Below are positions 53,564 to 64,000 of a stretch of DNA of 64,000 nucleotides, piece after piece. Every line of letters starts with the position of its first letter. The stretch's first letter is position 1. The DNA is from Chrysomallon squamiferum (taxonomy: Eukaryota > Animalia > Mollusca): NCBI GenBank assembly GCA_012295275.1, contig CM022665.1, positions 47,802,001 to 47,866,000 on the forward strand, given 5' to 3'. The notes beneath the pieces were generated by a model. It saw only the letters and a list, made by a program, of their open reading frames with translations. It was not told the DNA's origin and did not search any database. A program made the translations under genes and the position numbers.

Positions 53564-53898
53564 TATATTGGGGTGAGGAATAAGTCACTGCGATTAAATT
53601 AAATTTAATCATTACATAGAAGAAAACTTAAGCTTAACTGATAACAAGATGCAATTTAATCAATAACGTATTCTACTTTGTTATTTACCATTTCTTCCCA
53701 ACGGTGTACACGTTATTCGATGCTTCTACAACAAATTTGAATCACTTATGATCCGCAATGACTTATTCCTCAACCCAGTATACATTTATTTATTTATTTT
53801 GTTTAGAAAGCAAGAGCTCAACGCCTGGTAAATAAAAGCAGCTGCGAACAGAAGGGAATTCACTTCATCACAATTAAATCTAAAGAATTCAAATATTT

Positions 53899-54468
53899 AA
53901 ATAGTAAAATTTACGCAGATATGCAGGAGAATTTATTTAATGTGACTAAATATTAACTATTTATAATCATGTTACTTTGTGTGTTATTTGCTTAAATAGT
54001 AAAATTTACGCAAATATGTAGGTAATTATATTTAACGAGACTAAATATTAACTGTTTATAATTATGTTACTTTGTGTGTTATTTGCTTAAATAGTAAAAT
54101 TTACGCAAATATGCAAGAAAATTTATTTAATGTGACTAAATATTAACTATTTATAATTATGTTACTTTGTGTTATTTGCTTAAATAGTAAAATTTACGCA
54201 GATATGCAAGAAAATTTATTTAACGTGACTAAATATTAACTATTTATAATCATGTTACTTTGTGTGTTATTTGCTTAAATAGTAAAATTTACGCAAATAT
54301 GCAGGAAAATATATTTTAATGTGACTAAATATTAACTATTTATAATCATGTTACTTTGTGTGTTATTTGCTTAAATAGTAAAATTTACGCAAATATGCAG
54401 GAAAATATATTTTAATGTGACTAAATATTAACTATTTATAATCATGTTACTTTCTGTGTTATTTGCTT
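53899..54468. repeat. About 95-bp tandem repeat, 6 copies
   Basis: ATAGTAAAATTTACGCA recurs at 53901, 53996, 54091, 54184, 54279 and 54375. Confidence 0.95.
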
Positions 54469-55302
54469 ATTTCTTTTTATTTAACTAAGTAAACAACAGC
54501 AACTGCAAATCCTGAAGTGATGTGGAAGTATGCTTATAAGACTAACTAAACTGTGTGTGTTTTCTTGATTTACGTTTAATTCGAGACATTCTCTGTGTAT
54601 CTCACATGGTGTATTTCCAGTGCACAACAAATAATCTATCTGTGATAAACAGCCATCAGTAACTTCCAGAGATCCTACTACACTTGAAGTGGATAGGCCG
54701 TTTATTAATTGCGAAGTATTTTCTACAACTTGAATTGTAAACACATGTGCACATCTGCACATGTAGATAACATACGTGCACTCATCCATATTTATATATA
54801 CATACATGCATGGATGTATGCATATATATATATATATATGTATGTGTGTATATATATTTGCATAAAAACATAGATGGATATATACATGCACACATCCATG
54901 CATTCATACATACATACACACATACTTATATACCTACACATATATATATATATATATATACATACATACGTACATACATAGACTTAGAGACGTGTAAAAC
55001 AGGATGTATATCTGTATATACAATACACATACATAACTATTCAGACGTGACAAATATATGCAATTTTTAACATGCACTGCTACACGTACTGACACAGATA
55101 CATACGTGTGCATGTGCAGTGAGGCACATAAATGTAAGTTATAAAAATGCATGAATGCACACAATAACATTAATCATACAACATATCCGTGTTTCTGTCT
55201 CAAAATTTACAAAAATAAAAAAGTGTTAAAGGTAATAAACATATTGTGGTGATGATTTCCATTTGTTTTAAGCTGATAACAAGAGTTCTAATGTGATAGA
55301 AC

Positions 55303-55361
<59 letters not shown>

Positions 55362-55389
55362 CACAGAGTATATACTGAGTACAAATATT

Positions 55390-55605
55390 CAGATTCGTCT
55401 TAACAGGTTTGTAGGCCCCCGGGCAAAGTCAACGCTCTGGGCTTCCTGCATATCCAGCCACGACAGATTTATTAAAAGCAATCCGCAGCATCCCAGGATG
55501 AATGCTTGGCTCCCTAGACGCGTGGGATCCCAGATTCACCGCCCATTTTTCCCCTTGGGGCTCCGGGGCCACTGCCCAGTGTAGCCACGCCTTAAAACGA
55601 CCCCG
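55390..55605. mobile_element. Degenerate hAT-type MITE
   Basis: CAGATTCGTCTTAA ... TTAAAACGACCCCG inverted ends with subterminal GGCCCCCGGGCA / CCGGGGCC..TGCCC motifs. Confidence 0.5.
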
Positions 55606-55639
55606 AACACGACACAACACACACGACACAGTGCACACA

Positions 55640-57260
55640 GACTTGAAGCAGGATGCTGAATAACATCCGGGTACTGAATTCAGCTCCAGTGTACAGCATT
55701 TCGAAGAAACGAGGAACTGTTTTGTTTACAATTTTGTTCTTCGTCTTCGTCGAATACCGCAAAAAATGAAACAAGGAAGTAAGACAAAAAGAGTCGAGAA
55801 ACAGGAATAAGCACGTATCACAGTCGTTTGAATAAAGATCTGATCCTGTTCTTTAATGCAGTTTCATACGTACGCAAAATAAACCAGCTTGTTTATTCAT
55901 GTTTTTACAAAAGTAATCTGCTTAAATGTACTTCTTTTTCTTTTACTTCTTCTTCCTCTTCTACTACTACTAGTACTATTACCGCCACCACCACTACTAC
56001 TGCTACTACTACTGCTACTATTACTACTACTATTACTGTTACTGCTACTACTATTACTACTGTTGATTTTGCTACTATTACTACTACTACTATTGCTATT
56101 ACTACTACTACTACTACCAACACTACTACCACAACTACTGCTACTGCTGCTCTTAATGCTATTACTACTACTACTACTACTACTATTACTACTACTAATA
56201 CTGCTACTGCTGCTACTACTGTTACAACTACTACTCTACTACTACTACTACTACTTCTATACTACTACCTACTATCGGAATTTCTATTTTAACTCTACTT
56301 TAAATGAAGTAAAAGGAAAATTCATTCTAACATGAATGACTTTTGTAGTCTGCAGGTGACAGTCGGAGGTTTCGCAAGAAAATGAAATCTGATCCAGCAG
56401 GTGGAGTCGAGGCTGGGTGGATCCGGGGTCACAGTGGATCAGTGAGCATCTGTACAAAAAAAAAAAATAAAAAACATCCCGAGTTGACGTTATCAGTAAA
56501 CGTCTACGGTGAATCCCCCAATCAAGACACCTTTTCATTTTAATCGAGGCTTGCATTTGGAAAATTAGCAAACTAAAGTTTGCTTTTAATCATCAAAAGA
56601 AAAAAACAAAAAACAAAAACATTTTGTGATGTGGTGTAGATTATCAGGTAATAAGAAAACTATTCTTTACGTTTTGATTAGAGGGTTATTTTTTTTTTGT
56701 GAAGTTTATGAACATCTTCTCTTTCGTCCTTCAGACCGCCATTTGCAGAAGAAGGTCACGTGCTTGTATGACGTGCACATGGGGCTACAGTGGACCGTGG
56801 TACAGTGGATGACTTTTTCTTACACACTGGACTTCACTACCCAAGAACATCAAAGCTGGTTTGAAGAACCCGGGTGTTTGTCCATTCCATCCTAATGTAG
56901 TTGATGATGAGTGGTCTTCCTTTGTTCCTCTGTGACAGATCGAACAGAACACGAAGCGAATCAGTCACGTGAACCAGATACGTCAGCAACACTGGAACGA
57001 GTCGCATGCACTTGAGATGCAAACTCGAGCAGACGGAAGGAATAAGCCCCTTTCGAAAAGAACCAGCAGGAGAAAACGAGTCAGGATTTGGGAAGGGTTG
57101 TCTCGAGAATCTAATCCCAGTCAGGGAACCAATAAGAAAAGCTTCTGAAGAACGGAAAAGGAAGATTGAAAAACAAGGAGTCCCGAAAAATAACTAAAGT
57201 AGCTAAGACAAGCAGAAGAAACAACAAAAACAAACTGAAGCTGCAAACTAGTGTAGACGA
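55640..57260 (+). other. Candidate unannotated spliced transcript (lncRNA or micropeptide)
   Basis: Three unique GC-richer blocks. Donor-like AC|GTACGC (~55870), exon 56356-56441 (TGCAG| ... |GTGAGC) and a strong acceptor CTTCTCTTTCGTCCTTCAG| at 56734. Confidence 0.3.
55945..56275. repeat. (ACT/GCT/ATT)n trinucleotide microsatellite
   Basis: Low-complexity triplet repeats. Confidence 0.9.
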
Positions 57261-57367
57261 TTTATTTATTAATTTAATTATTTATATAATATTGTATTTT
57301 ATATTTTTTGTATTTTGTTTAACATTCTACTTGCATTTTCATTTTATTTTTTTATTTATTTATTTTT

Positions 57368-57371
<4 letters not shown>

Positions 57372-57403
<32 letters not shown>

Positions 57404-57557
57404 AACGAGACAAAAATAAAATACTGAATTAAAGATATTCTTTTGTCGGTGTGTATTAGAATTCACTGTTACAGGCTAAAACACAGAATAATATATTGTA
57501 CATACTTAGAATGGAAATGATATATATGAATATGGTAACTACAACAACAACAACCAC

Positions 57558-57619
<62 letters not shown>

Positions 57620-59071
57620 ACAGTAACAATAATATTAATATTAATAAAAGCAACAACAATAATAACGACAACAGTTACAAAATAGTAATATTAACAATAA
57701 CAACAACAACAACAACAACAAAATAACAGTAACAACATCAAGAATAACGATAATAATAATAGCTTCTATGAGTATAGTAAGAGTACATTTCATGTAGATG
57801 ACATTATTACTCTAATATTATATTTTATATCACAACATAGCTTTCGTCATTTTATTACAAAACTACAGAATTTTATTAGAAATATTTCACAGATGTGTAG
57901 TGAAACACATTTTAATATTTTTTTTTCACAAGGAAAACGAAATCACTGAGATGAAACCGGTCAGATGCTGATGGCTGATGACAAATAAAACAAACAATAA
58001 TCGATTTCTACTTTCGCTTTCGTTTTAGCTTTCGTTTTCCTCGTGTTTTATTTATTTATTTATTTTGGCGCGTGCTAAAACACGTACAACTGCTAACATG
58101 TCAGCTGGTTTTGCCTGAGATAACTCGTGTATAGAGACGTGGGGGGGGGGGTGTTTCTGGAATATTTCCTTAGTTTCGTTTGTTTGTGAGACACAGTAGG
58201 TTGCTGTCTGCTTATTTGAAACGCTTAGGTCAGGACATTTTAAAATTTACACTTTAAGGACTTAATCTGAGAACATGATCTAAGTCTAAAAAAAAAATTC
58301 CAATTATATTTTCTTTAGAGCTTATGTACATACTCTGCAGGATTTTTGTGTAACTAATTTATTTATTTATATATTATTATTATTTTTAATATTTAAAAAA
58401 AATGTATTTATTTATTATTATTTTTTCTAAATTTTTTTTTTATTTAAATATGTTTTAAATTTTTTTTTTCTAAATATTTTTTAAATTTATTTAATTATTA
58501 TTTTGTTTTCTAAATATTTTTATAAAATTTATTTATTTATTTATTATTAGTTTTTAAATATTTTCTAAATATTTTTTAAAATTTATTATTTATTCGTTTT
58601 TTTCTAAATATTTTTTAAAATTTAAATTTTTTATAATTTATTATATTATTTTATTTAATTTTTTAATTTTAAAAAGATTTTTTTGTTGTTTTTAAACAAT
58701 TTTGTTAGTGAAATAAAATGTGTGTGTGGATAACTATCCAAAAAATACAAGACGATATCGTCAATTTGACTGCACCAGAAAACAGATCGAAATTGAGGTC
58801 AAGGATCCTCAACCTGTGAAATGTTTCACAATGTTCTGATAAATATTACACTTGACACTTCAGTCAGTGGTGAAATACGACTTTGTATACAACTACTGCA
58901 TATATATATATATATTTTAACGAGACAAAAATAAAATATTGAATTAAAGATATTCTTTTGTCAGTGTGTATTAGAATTTACTGTTACAGGCTAAAACACA
59001 GAATAATATATTGTACATACTTAGAATGGAAATGATATATATGAATATGGTACTACAACAACAACAACCAC

Positions 59072-59139
<68 letters not shown>

Positions 59140-60267
59140 ACAGTAACAATAATATTAATATTAATAAAAGCAACAACAATAATAACGACAACAGTTACAA
59201 AATAGTAATATTAACAATAACAACAACAACAACAAAAAAAGAACAGTAACAACATCAAGAACAACAATAATAATAATAGCTTCTATGAGTATAGTAAGAG
59301 TACATTTCATGTAGATGACATTATTACTCTAATATTATATTTTATATCACAACATAGCTTTCGTCATTTTATTACAAAACTACAGAATTTTATTAGAAAT
59401 ATTTCACAAATGTGAAGTGAAGCACATTTTTTTTTTTTTTTTTTTTTCTTTTTCACAAGGAAAACGAAATCACTGAGATGAGACCGGTCAGGTGCTGATG
59501 GCTGATGACAAATAAAACAAACAATAATCGATTTCTACTTTCGCTTTCGTTTTAGCTTTCGTTTTCCTCGTGTTTTATTTATTTATTTATTTTGGCGCGT
59601 GCTAAAACACGTACAACTGCTAACATGTCAGCTGGTTTTGCCTGAGATAACTCGTGTATAGAGACGTGTGGAGGGGGGGTGTTTCTGGAATATTTCCTTA
59701 GTTTCGTTTGTTTGTGAGACACAATGCAGACTGCTGTCTGCTTATTTGAAACGCTTAGGTCAGGAAATTTTAAAATTTACACTTTAAGGACATAATCTGA
59801 GAACATGATCTAAGTCTAAAAAAAAAATTCCAATTATGTTATATTTAGAGCTTATGTACATACTCTGCAGGATTTTTGTGTAACTAATTTAGTTGTTTAT
59901 TTACTATTATTATTTTTAAAATTTAAAAAAAAATGTATTTATTTATTATTATTTTTTTAAATATAATTTTTAAAATTTATTTATTTATTATTATTTTTTC
60001 TAAATATTTTTAAAAATTTATTTATTTATTATTATTATTTCTAAATATTTTTTAAAATTTATTTATTTATATTATTTTTCTAAATATTTTTGAAAATTTA
60101 TTTAATTATTATTTTTGTTTTCTAAATATTTTTTAAAATTTATTTATTATTATTTTTCTAAATATTTTTAAAATTTATTTAATTATTATTATTTTTTCTA
60201 AATATTCTTAAAAATTTATTTATTTATTAGTTTTTCTAAATATTTTTTAAAATTTAAATTTTTTATA

Positions 60268-60336
<69 letters not shown>

Positions 60337-60535
60337 TTTTTAAACAATTTTGTTCATGAAATAAAATGTGTGTGTGTGGATACAAGACGATATCGTCAAT
60401 TTGGCTGCTCGAAAAAACGTTTCGAAATTGAGGTCAAGGCTCCTCAACCTGTGAAATGTTTCACAATGTTCTGTTAAATATTACACTTGACACTTCAGTC
60501 AGTGGTGAAATACGACTTTGTATTCAACTACTGCA
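57372..60535. repeat. Recent 1.5-1.6-kb tandem duplication (57372-58900, 58901-60535), with an older partial copy at about 61205-61360
   Basis: Near-identical units that both end GTGGTGAAATACGACTTTGTAT.CAACTACTGCA. Confidence 0.93.
57930..58040. promoter_or_regulatory. IRF-E/ISRE-like cluster (duplicated at 59459-59567)
   Basis: GAAAACGAAA at 57933 (+). On the - strand, 58010-58040 reads GGAAAACGAAAGCTAAAACGAAAGCGAAAGT. Confidence 0.5.
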
Positions 60536-62226
60536 CGTTTAAAACGCGTGATTTTTTCTTCTTTCAGTACTCACTATCTCTAACGTTTTTTATTTTGCAA
60601 AATCGTAACACAGTGCTAAAAAGCAACTGTGGCCTGTTTATAGCTTTCGGGACAAAAAACAAAACAAACAAAAACACAAACAAAAAACAAACAACAAAAA
60701 ATCCCCCCCAAATCCCCAACAACATATGTTTTTTTTTTTTTTTAAAGTATTCATTACAAATTTTACCATCTAGCGGAACAAGAGACTCATAGATATCATT
60801 TTATATTCCAAAATTATTATGAAAACACAAAGAAAACGTGATGATAATATAATTTTACAACACTAGTCTAATTGTAGCTTCATGGTTTTCATATAACACT
60901 TCACATTATTTCAGTATCATCTCCTTCTATTATTATCGGCAGATATATATCGATTATTCGATTTGTATATATATCTTGCAATGTTGTTACTAATAATTTA
61001 TTCACAAATACGTACGTACATACACGCCAGCATAAATATGCATGTAAACATTATATCTTGATTTATGTATGAATTTCATAAAAGCGTGTTTTAACTTTCA
61101 ATTGCACATACAGCTTCACGCATAATTAATTATCTATACTTATCATATATGTGTATGACATACGTCTATATATGAAACACACTATATGTAACATCAAGGG
61201 TGTATATTTCATGTAGATGACAATTTTACTCTAATATTACGTTTTATATAACAAGAAGGCTTTCGTCATTTTATAACAAAACTTCAGAATTTTATTAGAA
61301 ATATTTCACTGGTATCTAGTTAAACACAATTTAATATTTTTTTCACAAGGAAGAAGAAATCGCTTCATATTCGAAACGAAGCAGAAAAATTATGCACATA
61401 CTTGCAATAATTAAACGATGTACACATATATTACGTATTACACACGGAATGCAAACATACACCTACAGTTGTGGTTAGACTGTTTTTCAAGGTAAGTGTT
61501 TATCATGACTACAGGTGTATAGTAACTGTCAGGTGACAAATACGATACAAAAGATAAAAAAAGACAAAAAAAAACAACAAAACAAACAAGGACTTTACTC
61601 GTGAGCTTAGAAAGATAAAATGACAGCACGGTGAATACACAGGCTATTTATTTACACAGCAACCACGATTTGAATTTTTTTTCTTCTGCAACAACACTGA
61701 CAATATTGTCGTGACTGTAGATGTTTTGAAATTTAACTGGGTGAGTTGTTTTGGCGGGGCGAGGGGAACAACAGGCTCGCGTGAAATCATGGGCTGATCT
61801 AGAGAGGGTGTGGTAGCTGCTGCTGTGACTGATCAGCGTAGTCACAGAGGGTGTTGTGGTGTCGTCATTGGAGACAAAAGCTTAGTCGTGGGAAGGGCTG
61901 TGACTGATGATGGGTGGGGTCCAAAGAGGGTGTGAGATAATTTTATTTGCGATACAGAGAGAGAGGGAGGTAGCTGTGGGCAAGGTTTTGAAATGATGGG
62001 CGGATCTGGAAAGGGTGTGGTTGTGGTTTCGAAATGCATGAGGGGCGCGGCTGTGGGAAGTGTTGTGGACTGATGGCGGGGCGGTGATGAAGGGTGTGGT
62101 TTGTCATAGTCACGAAAAATTTAAACACGCGCGATTGAAATATCGAAACATTTAAATATTTGTGTCCGTGAAAGTAAAGTCAATAATAATAAAAAATATA
62201 TATAAAATAAAAAAAATAAAAAAGTA

Positions 62227-62289
<63 letters not shown>

Positions 62290-62784
62290 AAGAAGAAAAA
62301 GTTCAGAATAATGAAATAAAATAATAAATAAATAAAATAACATAAATAACATATTATCGTTTAGTCGGCTAGTACAGAATAAGAAACTTTTAACTGATAA
62401 AGATTTTTTTTTTTTAACATTTTTTTTTCTTCTTCCGTGAAATAAAACTAATTTTATCTTAGACTGGCTTGTAACATTTTCTGTAATGTTGAATCCTATT
62501 TTACATTATGAAAAATACGCCATAAATTACATTCAATCTACAACGTATTCAGGTAATAAATTCGGTTATTAATTTTTATGTAAATTAATGTCATTTTTCT
62601 TTAGCATCGATCCACAGACTGTTCTATAAATAACTTATATTTTATCAATACAACAGAACGACATCATCGGCAAAGTTGTTCACGTAACCTACGCATTTTG
62701 GAACAGTTTAATTCTTAAATATTGAACAAAATGTTATTCATACAGGTTATTCGGTGCACGCGCCATTAGCATTATACTAATTTA

Positions 62785-62920
62785 TTTCTGACGTCACGCG
62801 GTTCCAGCTCAGGTCAGGGCGTGCAAATGAGTTGCGGGAATTCCCGTAAAAGATTGCAGCGTAATACAAGACTGGTAATCATTGTTTTCGTGACAAACCA
62901 GTCACAATGCAAATAGAACT
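62785..62920. promoter_or_regulatory. CRE + palindromic kappaB + octamer module
   Basis: TGACGTCA 62789-62796, CGGGAATTCCCG 62835-62846 and ATGCAAAT 62907-62914. Confidence 0.55.
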
Positions 62921-63764
62921 TACTGCGTACCCTTGAAACCTGTTTTGCGTCTGCTTTAAACCGGGACGTCAACTCCGAGGTCGTTAGTAAAAAGAAACTA
63001 ATACACAGTCTGTTTACAACATCAGTAAAAATATCAACAGCTGAAAAATAATTCTGGTGCTGATTTCTATTTTTAACCAAATCACAAATAAATAAATAAA
63101 TAAATAATCACATTAATAATTATAAATAATAATAATATCAAAGTATGCAACTTATGCATACACATAATTATTTACGTGCACAGGAATGTGCGTTCGTAAA
63201 TATATGTCGAAATTTCCATAAACGCTGATGATGTAAATTTGTTGTAAGTAAATATTCACATGCATGCATGTAATCACGCACAATTTGCATTGCACTGCTA
63301 TGAATAGATATTGCACAATATTTAATGATGTGCATGCATACACACACACATGCTCATATATTTGTGAACAGTGTAACATGCACACAAACACACACACACA
63401 TCACGTACTTTAGTGTGGATTACAATTTCAGATATACACGCATTTATGTACTTTCAGAGTTCTTCCGCGAAAGTTAGTAATCTGAACTATTATTAAAAAA
63501 AAATAAAAATAAAAAATCAACCACATAGCCCAATTGTATTATTATTATTATTATTATTGTTGTTGTTGTTGTTGTTGTTATTATTGTTATTTTACACTTT
63601 AAACTATATGCTTAGCAATATTCTCATGGGAAACATTTGAATAGTTTTATTTTGAAAGCAGGAATTTCTGAAATAATTTTTTTTTTTATAAAAATGATGT
63701 CAGCAGATTACAAAGCAGTTATTATTATTATTATTATTACTATTGATATTATTATTATTATTGT

Positions 63765-63806
<42 letters not shown>

Positions 63807-64000
63807 TTACGTTTGGAAAAGGCCCAAAAATTTAAACAATTTTATTCATAAAATAGACTTCCTGTTACGTGTCAACTGAATTTAATGTGAATATTTGAAA
63901 TGTGAATAATCAGGGAGTGGTACTAAATTAGAAACTTTCCCACTTTAAATTATTCACAAAGATTTGCTAATTCCTGTATAATTTAATAATAAAAATAAAA

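Overview
AT-rich, microsatellite-dense, intron-containing eukaryotic (animal) genomic DNA. It is most likely an invertebrate lophotrochozoan such as a mollusc; this is inferred from gene content and repeat style only. Hand-spliced genes, left to right: (1) a LAMP5/BAD-LAMP/UNC-46-like single-LAMP-domain membrane protein (- strand, 2621-12539); (2) a 1105-aa C2H2 zinc-finger protein with 19 fingers in one coding exon (-); (3) head-to-head with it, three intact but diverged tandem paralogs of SYNJ2BP/OMP25, the mitochondrial tail-anchored PDZ protein, which the ORF track largely misses (+); (4) a 5-exon IkappaB/cactus-like gene (+) with kappaB-like sites in its promoter. The window also holds a decayed hAT transposase with a nested 490-bp MITE, a MULE transposase fragment, other hAT-type MITEs, several minisatellites and a 1.5-kb tandem duplication. 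The main leads are two. First, the SYNJ2BP array shows changes in the PDZ ligand groove, in the organelle-targeting tail charge and a possible soluble isoform. Second, the 14 kb downstream of IkappaB carries clustered IRF-E/ISRE, kappaB and CRE motifs around an unannotated, apparently spliced unit. All functional readings are hypotheses; no database searches were run.
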